A DNA stretch of 64,000 nucleotides from Candidatus Omnitrophota bacterium (GTDB lineage: Bacteria > Omnitrophota > Gorgyraeia > Zapsychrales > Fredricksoniimonadaceae), in NCBI GenBank assembly GCA_037131245.1, contig JBAXRK010000001.1, positions 24,385 through 88,384 of the forward strand, in the 5' to 3' direction. Within the stretch, counting starts at the first letter, position 1, and the number at the start of each line of letters is the position of its first letter. Below, piece by piece: positions 1-13,700 of the stretch. The notes beneath the pieces are model-generated. The model ran no database searches and had not been told where the DNA came from. It saw only the letters and a program-made list of their open reading frames with translations. Both the position numbers and the translations under genes were made by a program.

Positions 1-1745
1 GGATTAAAATCACGGGACTTCTTGATAAGGGCGAGCTTGTACGCCGCGCGGTCATTATAAAGAGCAGACAGTTCACGGACCACCATCAGGAATTGCCGGC
101 CGGTCTCCTGACGGGCACGGATGGAAGCCGCGTCATTATCGATACCAAAACCATCCACGCCAAAAAGCGTGCCCAACTTCTGCAGGAAGTCGGACAGGCC
201 GCCACGACGCGCCACGATCACAAAAGCGTGCAGGAGCGCCTGCTGGACATTCGCCAGCCCGCAGGGCTCATCGATCGAGAGCATGATACCGCCCACGCTG
301 CCTGAAGGGATCTGATCGCCGAGGTCAGCGTCAAAAGCCTTGATGAAGCGGAAGTTCGCCTTGAACTCTTCGCGCCCGGCCAACTCCTCAAGCTTTGCTT
401 CAACCCATTCGCCCACGATATCCAGTGCCTTGCCGGTGGCTTTGTCGCGCGCCACGTTCCCCAGGATCACCAGCTGAACGCGGGCGCCTTTGCCATCCAG
501 GTCGAGGCGCAGGAGCTGCTCAATAAGCGTCTCCCCGGTCTCTTCAGTCATCACCGTGAACAGGACATTCAAACCTTTCTGTTTCACGATACGGGTCACA
601 ATACCGAGAGTCAGATGGTTCGGGTTGGTATCATCAAGGCCAAGCTTTTTCTGCAGGGCGCGTTTGTTATGTTCCTTGAACAAAGCGGGGTCTTTATCAT
701 CCTGCGTAAAACCGTCGCGGGCCAGCGCCGAACGGGCGGCCGGCACGTAATTAGCCACGCGCAGGCCGCTATACACCGCGGCCAGTTTTTGCTCGTAAGA
801 CCTCAGCACGCCATCGAGGCCATAACCGCGCTCTTTGGTGAGCACTTCGGCCATGTTGCCCTTGCTCACAAAAACAACAGTATCGGAGTAGATGAAAGCG
901 CCTTTCATAAAATCATGCCGGCCGGCGATAGCGCCATCAGGGAAGGACGACCAGAATTCCAGGCCATTATTCCCGGTGGCATACTGCAGCTCAGGACGTA
1001 AATGGGTCAGCTTGAACAACTCCACCACACCCTGCGTCTTGCTCGTGCTATAGAAATTATGGATCGGGTCCTGATAGCCGCGATGGCGCGCCAGGACACC
1101 CAGGCCCAGGAGATGACGGACCAGTTGGCTATTGAGCGCGACTTTCATCTCTCCGGGGAAAATCCCCTGATATTCGAGGTTATGCGTGGTAAAGATCGAC
1201 GCCGGACGAGCACTGCTGAAAGCGTAAAGTTCACGCAGGAACACCGCGCCCAGGCCGGTCTGCCAATCATTGAAATGGTAAAGGTCGATCTTAACGTTGA
1301 GCCAGAACTTGAGCTCCACCGCCAGCCGCGGCAGCAGGACCGCTTCGAGATAGCCGCCAAGGGAATCCGGATGCGGCGCGGTGTAAAGATTGTTAAAGAG
1401 GTTGCCCGTCACATCAAGCGGCAGCAGGAAGGAACAACCCTGCTGTTCGAGGTACACCACCTTAAGCGGATAGCTGGCGTTGCCTGCCGGGACGGGGATG
1501 GTCATCAGGTCCACCGCGCCGCTCTGGGCGAAGAAAGCCTCGACCGAGTGGAAGCTCTTGAGCACGTCCGCCAGGAACAAAGGCTTCACCACCATGACCG
1601 CGTTACCAACCTCGGCCATCACCGGCGGCACATCGCCCATATACACATGCTGGCCGCCACCCGCGGTGGATTCACGCTTGAGCTCGCGGCCGGTCGACGG
1701 GATGATCACCGGGGATTCCATCGCGGCAAAGACCAAGGACAATTT
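1..1745 (-). other. Domain: glycogen/starch synthase (GlgA-type, GT5 GT-B)-like, running to the left edge of the window
   Basis: AGGGQHVYMGDVPPVMAEVGNAVMVVKPLF; IDLYHFNDWQTGLGAVFLRE; SIFTTHNLEYQGIFP; KGAFIYSDTVVFVSKGNMAEV; NKRALQKKLGLDD..LGIVTRIVKQKGLNVL; QLVILGN; GGIMLSIDEPCGLANVQQALLHAFVIVARRGGLSD. These are collinear with the GlgA motifs TGGLadV / hDWqt / T.HNl.yQG / sptya.E / nK..Lq..lGL..RL..QKG / q.v.LG.G / PS.fEPCGL.Q..a..yG..P.v...GGL.D. Confidence 0.8.
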
Positions 1746-4700
1746 TCCGGCGGCTTTCGCGCGGTCGATACGTTCCACCATGGCGCGGCGCGCGTAATAG
1801 GTCTGCCCCATGCGCCACTCGGGGTAACGCTTCAGAAGCTTGTCAAGGTCGGCCAGGAGCGTGTCGTCATTAAAGATCGACGACCACAGCACCGCGTGAA
1901 TAGCGTCAGCGCGGTAGGGCTCAATGATATGGTTGAATTCGTCTTCAATGATCTTCTCGAGGATGCGCGCGGGCACATTATTTGCCCAGGCGCTTAACTG
2001 CAGGACCGGGAAAGTCTGCGAACGATCAATGAAAGCGATGGGGCCCGCGCGCGGATGGATCTTCACCGGCAGGCCATCGGCCAAAGCGCCATTAAGGTTG
2101 ACCTTCGCCCTGTCACCCAGGCGAGCGAGGACATTCTTGACCGCGCTGGATAGCATTTTCTCGGTGCGGGCCGCTTCGCCTTCAAAACTTTCCACGCGCA
2201 CGCGGCCGGCGGTCAATGAGACCAGCAACTCGCCGTTGATATTTTCCGGATAGGCCGGGACGGTGAGCGGGAAGGTTTCCGGAATACCCACCTGCCTTAA
2301 ATAAGCCAACCGCGCAACGATCCGCGCCATCTCCCTATCATAAGAATTCCGCAGATCAGGGTTTGCCACACGTTCTTTTTGTACGGTCAAAATATTCCCG
2401 ATACTTCCCACCGCTTCAGCATAGATTTCCACAGCTTGTGCGGAGCCCTGCCCCCACTGAGCAGTCAATTGACTTTCAGCAGCCTCCAGAAGAAGCCGCC
2501 GTCCGACCGTAAGTCCGACAAACGCAAGATCAGTCTCACTAAACAAAGCCGCCACTTCATCCATGTTCAAGTCAAAAATATCATCTGTGCGTGCAAAAGA
2601 CTCAGGGAACATCCGTGCTACCACACGCAAATGCTCGGCCGTCATTCTCTGCAAACGGACGATCCAATCATGCATATCATTACGGATAATGCTATTGACC
2701 TCCGCCAGCGCCATCACACGCTCCATGGTCGGATAAGCGTTAAGAACGCCTGTGACCGTCTCCCGCTGATCACGCCATTGACCCAGACGCTCCAAGATGC
2801 CCGCTACAACCTCTTCGGACGGAACACCTCTTGCGGCAGCTGCCAGATCGATCAATTTCACCAGAGTAAGATCGTTATCACGGACCCTGCGATAATAATC
2901 AGCCGGGGCAATCTTTTCAGGGAATGCAGCATAAAAACGGCGAATGTGATACCAGTTAAGGCCAACCAGCTCCTCTCGAACATTCGCTATTCGGGCAAGC
3001 CGGGCAACACTGTCAAAGAATTTAACAACATCAACTTCCCCCGAAACACGTAGATCCTCATGATCAGTTTTGTACTGAGACGATTCCATCATGACACGGG
3101 CCGCCAACTCGGGAGCCGCCTTTTGGAACGCAACCCAATCACCAGCCTTAAGAACCTCCAATGCGCCTTCAACTGAACCAGCCTCCAGAACCAGAAGCAA
3201 CATTGCCTTGCGCTTCTCATAACGCAAATTCCTCTGTTCTAAAGGATAGCGCCTCCAAAAAGCCATTTCCCGGACCAAAGCAGCATAGCTAATACCCGCG
3301 GCATCATTTTCCCGGCGCAAATAAGCGTCCTGCGGCATCAAATAACGCGCATTAAATACATCCTGGTAACGGAACACAGTCGTCGACCAGAACAACGAAC
3401 GCTCAAGGGTCCGCATCAGCGGCCCGAGATTGTCCCCGCTTGGAACTCCAAAATTCGAAATAAAAACCTCCAGCTCTTTAATAAACGCCATCCGCTGCTG
3501 GTTAAAGAACTCAAACCCCTCCAAAGTCAAACCATTGAAAAACCCTTCGAGGTTATCCATATCTTCGGCGCGAACGGAGAATATGCGGTCTTTGATCCTC
3601 TTAACGGCCGCAGCAGACACAACAGCAGCTCCGCTGAACGAACCCGAAGGCCAATCCAATGCTGAAGATATGGCCTCCGATAATTCAAATGCTCTCCAGT
3701 AATAATCCAGCTGAAGATACGAATACTGTTTACGGGGTTTTCCAAACCAAACGCCATCAACATCATGGATCGTGTTCGGGTGATCCGATGTAAGGCGCTG
3801 GGGAGCCAATGTAACAGCTGCGACCTCGCTCCATATCGACCGTTGTAACTGGACGCTCTCAACGGGTTGCTCTCCAAGATAAACAGTCTTACGGCGCGCA
3901 TCAAATGTAACGATCCGGCCATCCCATCGGGACAGTACGTCCATGGCGTTAACAACCCCGACCAATGATGGAATATTTAACCAGGGCTCACGCGAAGCAA
4001 TGGCCGTATGGCAATTCATATCTCCGGCATCTGTGATGACCCCGCCGGCCCGCGTCAACGCATCATTCCAACGGTTAGTCGTTGAATGGACAACAAGAAC
4101 AACCCCCTGCCTGACCTGAGCATATCCCTCCCCGTCACGGATGATCTGCAGTGGACCGGTCACAGCACCGGAATTCGCATTGATCCCGTTTTCGAACATA
4201 ACCGCATCAACAAATATTCCGTCCCTTAAGGCGACCGTCTTGACCTCAATGAACTCTCCCGGATTCGAGCAAGTCAACGGCCTGGCCTGAACGATCCAAA
4301 GACAGCCGGTATTCTTCTCGAGAACAAACTCAACATCCACATGCCGCCCATTATCTTTCGAAAGCGAACGATACGCGTCCCTGATCTCCCTGACTAAAAA
4401 GCCCAACGCCAGGACCTCCTCAGGCTTGAGGACCGCCTCCTGCCGAGGCTGCTTGAGCTGAACCGTCTCCGTAAGGCCGGCAGAAAGCATTTGCGTCATC
4501 ACGGTTTTGGTCGCGATCCGTTCCTCAAGAATGAATTTCGCGTCCGGGCTCACCAGCCAGGTATCTGTCTGAGAATCACCGCCGACGACTGATTCTCCGA
4601 GCCCCAGGCCAGCCGTGATCCGCAAAGCCGGGCGAGCCGTTCCGGTCCCATCCATCGAACAAACAACGCCCGCCGCTGCGGCATCCCCAACCATCGCCTG

Positions 4701-7700
4701 AAGGACAACCGCCATAGCTCCCGCTTCCAGCGGAAGGCCGTTACGCAAACGATAAAGAACAAAACTTGGATCAAAGAAACTGGCCCAAACACTCACCACA
4801 GCTTGCCGCATGGCTGCCTCAGTCGTCACATGGAGTACCGATAAAGCCTGGCCGGCGCAAGAAAACTTTTCCCCGTCTTCAAACGTAGCGGAACTGCGAA
4901 CGGCCACATCATGACCCAGCATCCGCAGTGCAGCGGACAACCGTTCACGGACGGCTGAAGAAATACCAGCTCCGGCCACCAAAGATCTCAGCTTATCGGA
5001 GATCCCCTGAACCTCATCTGCTATGTCCGCGGATCTGCGCGGATCTGCGGCGGAAAATTGCTTGCCCAGGGCCGTCAACCTTGCCCATAAGGAACCAGCC
5101 TCGGGCAACCCGATGATCAGATCTTCAAACGCCTTGGCGCTCAATATCAATGTCTCAGGGACACGGAGCTTCCCTTCAGCGCTACCCTGGGCAACCATTG
5201 AATGAAGAACGCCCATGTTCTTCCCCTTGCCCCCGGCAACCTTAACATCAGCAACCCTGGGATCCGTCAGACTAAACAAATAATCATCCCGGCCAAAAGC
5301 CAATCTGAAATCCACATCAGCGGCCGGCGTAACATCAGCGAATGGCTGGTCCTCCAATCGAACGCCCCAATCGTGATCCTGTTTGACCTTTTCCACAAAT
5401 TCATTGAAGATCCGATCCCCCTGGCAGGAATGATTCGCGCACAATGACGGGATCACTTTCTCCCGCACCGAGCGGCTGGCATCCCAGAAATCCTTGAACT
5501 GAGCATGCTTGTACAAGATCCCGAACCTGAAATCCTGGCGGTCCGACTGTTCAAACCCGGGGAAAGCGTTATAAATACAGGGCAGGCCCATACCGACCGG
5601 GTTGACGAAAAGCTTGCGTATGCTTGCCCAGCAACGAGGGCCATTGCATCCCGGGAACACAGAATTCCCCTTGGTAAAATCATCCCACCTGACAAAAATG
5701 AAGAAATTCGAACCGGCATACTTCTTCTCGAGACGACGCAGATTCTCCAGGGCCTGAGCTTCCTGCTCTTTGGTCAATTCATACTTAATATCGAAACTCT
5801 CGTGCTTTAACCGGCGCACCTTGAGCCTGTCCACCCCAAGGCCAATGGCAAATTCCACCAACCGGTCGAACTGGTCATAATTGCTCTGCAAGATCAGCGG
5901 AGCGAACGAAATACTCGCGAGACGCGTCCGCTTGGGGTCAAGCAACTCAACGGTATTCTTGCCGATCGACGCATTATCCTGAACTTCATACCCGCGCTTG
6001 ATCAACTCGGCCTTCCTCGCCGTCAGCAAACGGACATGCTCTACCACCTTATCGAAAGCCTCAACATTCACTCCAGTCAGGCCCTTACTGGCGATGTACT
6101 GATCTTTATTGCCGAAGTCGAGGCTGATCTGCAGATCGTCAACGTGGGTTAAAAGAAAATCAAGGAACCTCTCCTGCGAGCCCTGGAACCTTGCCAGCAA
6201 TCTGGGATTGTTCAACTTAAACCCGGTCGTCACGAACCTGGTATTGAACCCCGCGGCACGGGCCTCTTTGAGAATATCGATCGAGAACTCTTCTTCCGTC
6301 GGCTCCAGGCCACCGGAGACGATCGCCCATTCCGCCTTTGCCGCACGTAAATCACGGAGGTACCCCCTGATCTTCAACTGCATTTCCCTGCTCTCTCTCA
6401 TCTTTTTAACTTCAGCCAGCAGGCACTTGAACGGCGCCCCATAGTCCTGGTCAAAATATCTCCCGCCGTGTTTGGTAAGATTCGGACAATACTGGCACCG
6501 TAATGAACACGCCAGGGAAGGATGGAATTCAATTTCCATCGGGAAAGGATTCCCGCCGGTAATGGCCGCCTGCCAAAGCGCCCGCTGTTTATTGAGGATC
6601 ATCTTGTAATTATCGTAGTAATAGGTCGGAGTCTCGATCTCGAAAGCAGACTGCAGATACTGCGAATGCCGGATTAACCCGTAAAAGCGCACCAAACCAT
6701 CAAGCTGTAATCCCAGGGTTGCGGCGATCTTTTGGGAAGACATGGTCATGCGGCGCATTAAAAGCCGTATCAACTGGCTCAGGGAAGCAGCATCCTGATC
6801 ACTCAGATCAACGGCAAACTCCCTAAGAATGGCCTCTTTCAAAACACGTGTTTCCGCCTCGTAAAGATCCTCGTCTTTTAAGCCCCGACTGCCGGTATGC
6901 CGCAGGAAATCTCCCCAACCCGCTTTAGAACCCGCGGGCCTGAGCAAAGAGCCCCGGACGAACGGCTGGGCCGCCAGCGCGATACCAAAGGCCAGGTCGT
7001 CTTTAACTTTTTCAACCGCCTCATTCGAAGCACGCTCAAAAAGCATGCAGGCGCCGCACTTGGCAGGCAGAATGCCCTGCGATCGACGGGCCCGAACCTC
7101 CGGCTTATTCCAATATTCCGTGAACGAGGCGTATTCAAAAATAGACCGATCTGCGTTAAGAACATAATCCTGACCGCACATCCGCTCCTGCCCCGGATGA
7201 GCCGTATAACAGCACGCAATGCCCGCACCATACGGATTGATGATCGTTTTATATTCGTCGCGCCAGCAACGTCCGGCCCGGACCTGTTCTGTGGTCCGCG
7301 CGTCTTTCGCAAAATCTTCAAAATTGATCCGGACCTTGAACGCCTGATCCATTTCATACTCGCGCCGGATCTCCTCCAGAACAACCGCCACCTGGGGATA
7401 AAGCACGGGATGCGGCTTCACCAGACTGGCCATCTCGTGCCTGATGGCGATCGCATCGACTCCCATATCCTTGAACCTCGATACGATCTCTTTCAGATGC
7501 GCGGCATTCTCATCGATAACAAGGAGCGCGATCTCAATGTGCACCCCCACTCCGCCCGACCGCCTTCTTGACCGGACCAGGCCGGCAATATTCCCCAGGA
7601 CCCTGTCATAGGAAGGATCCCCGGCCGGCAAGCCCTTGCTGCGGTTATAGGCCTCTGCGTATTCGGCTCCGGCGAAATCAAGGCTGACCCTCAACTTCGT

Positions 7701-10700
7701 CACATGCTGCCGGTAGAAATCATACATTTCCTCAAGTGGCGCCTCAACGATCGGATGCCCGTTGCCTGGCGCAATGCCCCGGCCATCCAGATTGACGCCA
7801 TTCGTATTAAGAATGACCTCCAATCCATTCTCATAAGCAGCCTTAATGATCTCCGTTGAAAGGCTGCTGGCTAAGGGTTCTTTCCCACCGGAAATAAAGA
7901 CCCGCTTTGTTCCGCCGGCAGCAAGCTCATGGATAAAACTCTGGATTTTCCCGATCTTTTCTTCCTTAGTCGATCGCGGGACCTGGGTAAAATAATTGAT
8001 CCCCGCATACCCCTGGCCGCGGCTATAACAATACTCACAGTCAAGATTGCACCACAGGGCAGGATGGAACTCGACTTCAACCGGGTATTTCTTTTCACCA
8101 TTAATAACAGCCAGCCAGAACTCCCGGTCATCTGTGCAAACAGACCCCAGAATATCCGCATACCGCGCAAAAGGCGAACGGAGAACCAGCGCGTCCTGAA
8201 TAAGCGGATTGGCCTGCATGTAGCGATAAATGCTCTCCAATTCTACACGGCTTAAACCCAGCTGTTCGCAGATCGCCTGACTGCGCACAAATGGGTCATT
8301 AAAAAGCATCTCAAAAACAGGCATGATCATTTCTCTGCGGACATCCGCCGACGTCAATGCCTGGATCTGCTGCGCATGGCCGGCCTGGTCTTTCTTGAGG
8401 ACTTCTGTCAACATGCCGATGAGCCTGTCAAGATTGGAATTCTCTAGCAAATCCATCACAACCGTCAAATTCCGTATATTCTCGGTGATCAGATCACTTT
8501 CGTAATGCGCCAAACTTGCATAATCCGTCTTCAATATCGCCTTAAGCGAAAGCACCGCGTCCTTCAATTCCCTGACCGTCGCCGCTTTCTGATCCCCTGC
8601 GTAACCTGAAGCCTTTAAGCGGCGCAGGAGCGTTTCAACTTTAGCCGTCACGCTCCGAATATCGTCGACGCCCGTGCGCGCGTTGAAAAGAGATCGAAAT
8701 TGTTTGCTGTTCAAAGCCAACAACCCTTCCACAAACGCAACCACCTCATTTGGATCAACAGGTTCAGCTGCCGCATACTCCAACTCTTTCTTTAGCCCGA
8801 ATGACTTGACCTTCGGAATACGGACCGCCAGCCAATCATTGCCGTTCTCATCATGTGCCGCCTCGGAGGCTGACATCAGCTCTAAAAATCTCTGATGTGT
8901 CAGGATCTCTCCCATACCACCCGAAAGATTAAAGACGCTTCTGCCGATCGGGTGCCATAACATTGACTCGTAGCCAAGATTAAAGACAACCACCGCCTGT
9001 TTGCCAAGGCCGCTGAGCAAATGGGCCGTTCCCGTATCAAATACCACTCCCATGTCAACCGCACTCAACAGCGCAATATGGGACCCCAATGACATCTGGG
9101 GGATCACCAGGATCTCATTCGCCCCTTCCTCGCCTAATGACCGCTTGATGGACGCGACAGCGGCCCTCGTCTGTTCAATGTCATCAGCATTCTCGCCGCT
9201 GTTAACCAAAACATACGCGCTTCTCTTTGCTGCCAATAATGCCATGAACTTGATAGAATCCTGCTGCGACCAGTTCTTCGCCCCCTTGCGTGATCCGCAA
9301 TGCGGATCAAAATAGATCACGGGCTTAACAAACCGGCCTTCCGCCGGGTTATACGCGCAGCCCAGGTCCCTGATCGTCCTGATCGCCCACTCACGCTCTG
9401 CCTCGCTGACAGAGATCTTCGGTTCAACATCGGTCATCTGGACGCCAAGGCCGCGAATGCTGCTCACCGTGATCTTCCAGGCGTTAAGCCTCTGCTCACC
9501 ATGATTATTAAACACATACTTGCCGTCCGCATTGCCATCCTGGTTCCTGTAGTCATAAAAAGACCCGATAGGCTCATAAGGATTCAACTCATACAACGGC
9601 GGCCGGAAACGATAATAAAGATAATACCCTTTTGATCCGCTCTGTTGATCCCGAAGCTTACGCGACAATTCTTCCTCATTCTCAATATCGATCACCAGAT
9701 CATACGGCCCGTTCGTATCAGCCGCGGGATCGATGCCGCCGGCCTTATACAGGTCCGGGTAATTGGAGAAAACCCTGATCTGCGCTTGCGGGAACATTGT
9801 TTTCAGATGGGCGAACATGCCGAAATACATATTCACCCCCATCCGGGTCGCCGTTCCATTCTTCTTGACGATCAAAATGTGACGGACACTGTCCTTATCC
9901 TGAATATGCGCCAAAGGCTCGTAGCAAACCTGGTTCCTGATCGCCTCACCAGCCAGCGGTACCATTTGACTGTGCCAGGTCGACCTGAAAAACCGGCCTC
10001 TGTACGGCATATGCGCGGGGAATTTTTTCCGGGCGACGACCATCAGTTGCAATTTCTCAAGAGCCAGCGTCCTCACACCAGGATCCTGATCATTCCTCCA
10101 TATGAAATCCAGCGTTTCCAGCACCTGCTCCTCATCGTTGCCCAAATAGTCGCCTATATGTTCGACAATGGAACGGCGCTTTGCCCTATCGACCCTGTGC
10201 AACAAGCTCAGCAGATATTCAAATCTACGGCCCTTATCGCTGAATACAGTGATCACCTGGTCGTAAAGCTCATGCACCGCCGGCGCGACATCGTCGGCAT
10301 GATAACCTCTGGCCAAGTCCTTTAATTCATGGGTCGTCAGGCCCTTGAGATCTGTCTCCCTATCGCGGTTCACGGCCAGCTCAACGGCGTGATAACCCAC
10401 ATAGATCGAAGCCAAAGGATATCCGGACTTAAGCCCCAGGCCTGAATGAGCTAGTACATTGGAATGACGGTTGTTGAAGACAATGGTCGGTGACTGATCA
10501 TTTTCCACGACAATGCTAAGGCGCAGGGACTTGCCTGAAGGAAGGGGCATCTCACGGGCAGCTTCGGCCATTGCCTCAAATCCGCTGACGAGGTTCCGCT
10601 TGAACACAAGATCGCTCAGCCGCCCGATCATCATCTCGCGCACCGCGGGAGGCGCTCTGACATCAACAAGATTCCTCAGGAAGACATCAGCCATGCCTTC

Positions 10701-13700
10701 CTCATCCATGGTCCAGATAGAATGAACATCGGCCATCGTAACAGCGAACATCCGTCCTTCATTAGCCGCCTTCTCCAGTGCCACATGTGTCTGGACGTCC
10801 TCGCTGACATCGCCTCTCGCAAGATTCTTGCCGTTGAACCTTTCCGTTAAACGGGTGATGATGCTTTCAAGCTGCGGCTCCCCGCGGGGTACGCCGGACT
10901 CGCCGACCAACCTGCGGAAAACACCCAATGTTATGCCGTTATACATCCCCTCATGAGCGCGGCACAACATGATCCCGGCGCGTTCAACATTGCCGATCTT
11001 CCGTTCACGCTTGAACGGCATATTCAGGAAACGCTCTACCGATCTCTCCTTAAGCTGATCCAAATATTCGGGATAATCATCGGTTACGGTCGTTCTGTTC
11101 TGGGGCTGGGGAAGAATATAAACCGCGTGCGGAGCGAAGATCGTCGCCGGCAAACATCCCATCTTCTCAACGTTATCCGATAACCAGAGAGCGGCTTCCG
11201 CCAATAGATCATTATCCCGGCTCTCAACCACAAAATAGGTGACCGGCAGATCCATCGTCACAATGCCGACCTTAAGATCAGGACGGTCGACCAGCCACTT
11301 CCGTGCGTGGCGCTCAATAGGATACTCCACATTATAAACATGAATATGCTGATGCTTCGCGTAACGGCCCGCCCCGAGATTTCCCCTCATTCCGGGAAAA
11401 TAGGTGTTGAAGATCCGCACCAGGGTCCTCATGGCCTCGAGATCGACACCTTCTTTATGTTCCTTGGCCACAATGAACATATTGTGCTCAAAGAACGGCT
11501 TCTCAGAAGCGAACAACCGGAACGGAACACCGAACATCTCCTGAAGATCAGCCAACATCAGCTCATCATGATTGCCCAGGATATCAATGCCGTAATTCTT
11601 AACGCAGAAAGGACATTTCCTGACTTCCGCAGGGGTCCTCGGATCAATGGGAGCGTAAGGCGTTTCCAATGCGGGGTTGATCTGTGCGATATAATCGCTA
11701 TTCTCAACATCCGAGGATGAATCAACACTACGGACCCTGATCTGCTCCGGCAGCCACAAAACTTTTCCCGATGCCACTAACTCGTCAAATTGTCTTAATA
11801 CACCCCTGTTAAAGTGATCGGGTTCGGTTTTCCCAGAAAGCAGGTCAACATAAGCCTGCCCGCCTCTGTTAAACCCGAACGTGTCGGAAACTTCGGCCAA
11901 CAGCAAGCGGGAAACAATGCCCTCTCCCAGATCAAGGGCCCGCCACTCTTTGACCTGTTCATATAACGCCGCGAACCGCTGCGGGGTCATGGGAGCTGTG
12001 ACCCTCGCCAGTGAAATGTGCAGCATCGACGCCTTGCGCCGTTCGTCCGCATAAACTTCTCCAAGCGCCTTCCTGACCTCAAAGATCGTTTCGCTATCAA
12101 CATGCCCCTCGGCAAACACCGTACCATCCGGCCCTAAATTGATCCCGCTGAAGCGATACTTGATCGACCTGTTCCCGATAGCCTCCAGAACCTTCTGGCG
12201 ATACGCCGCGGCGTATTTCGGATCCACACGCGGCGCATCCGCCTTAAGATCAGCCGTCGCCGTATCAAAGAACGGCAGGAAGAATGTGGTATGCAGGATC
12301 TCCCCCGGAGTATAGGTCAACTCCGGGAAACTGGCTTTTAACAGCGCCAGAACGCGGTCAAGCTGGCTGCGCGTCATTTCAGGGAACTCGGTCAGCGGCA
12401 CAATAGAGCTGATACAAAAAATGCCCTTGTTAGGCTGCATCGGCTTCGGCGCGCGCCCTTCAGCGACCATGTCGCCGGTGGCCTGCCAAACATTCTGATA
12501 TGCGCTCTCTAGTGTTTCGCGGGATGTGACAGGAATTCTTTTTACCTGAACGCTCGCCTTGACAAAAATGATCGACGCCAGATCGCGCCCGTCATCCGAA
12601 GCAAGAGCACTATCGCTTCCCGCTCTGGGCCGGGCAATAATGGTCGGCAAACCCACAACATGCTGCTGCGCATCGGCACTAGCCCCTAAAAGGACCGCCT
12701 CGGTCAAACCGCGCTCAACCGCTATGGCCGCCACATCCTTGACCATGGCCTCACCAGCCTTATCGTCTGCCCCGCTCCGTTTAAGCGTCATAAATACCAC
12801 ACGACCCTGGGCGTCCTTCCCAACGATAGAGATACCTGCTCTCATAAAGAACGGATCCCAATTGACCCCGTTAGGCCCGGTCGGAGGCTGCTCTTTCACA
12901 ACGCTACAACTCACATCAACCCCATTACGGACAAGCACAACACCGGCGACCGCAACACGTATATCGCTAATGTTTGTCTTAGAAATATTCTTCTCTACAA
13001 GAATGTCTTTGATCCCCGCAACCGGACCATCGACCACAAAGAATGAAAACGTACCTGTGAGAAGCTGAAGGGTTTCCTGCCTGATGCCGGGCGCGGTCTT
13101 CATCAGCAGCTGACCGTTACGAATAAGCATCGTATGCCCTTCCCAATAGTTCCCCTGATGTCCGTTGATAGCGAAGATCGCCCCGGTCTCTTTAACAAAA
13201 GCCCTAACGGTCTTACCGGGGAACGGCACAAATTCCTTCTTAAACCTGGCAGCTAATTCTTCCGTCTGAGCATATTTGGAGAAATCATAAGCGCGGCCTT
13301 TGTCTTCTATATAAACGTCAAATGCCTGGCCCGGATTAAAGACCACTTCACGTCCACTGACCGTACGACCAGCAGCATGGTAATCAATGCCTGTCACCTG
13401 CATACCGGCGATCGTTTCGCTGGCCGCAACAGTAAGCGCCGGAACGATCGTCTTATCCGCTAACTTTCCTCCGATGATGACCCGCAGTTTATTGACCGTG
13501 GCCGGAACATGGCTGATATCAAGATGGATCGTATGCGGGCCAACGGCAACATTCTCAACAAGGACTGGCATGACGTTGCCGGACTCATCAAGAAGCTCGA
13601 TCTTTAATAGATTGTCTTTCAGCGCTTTAAGGACCGCATCACGAGCGATGTTAAACAGGTATTCGGGGACAGGGATCTCGGAAAATTGCAGTTCAACCAC

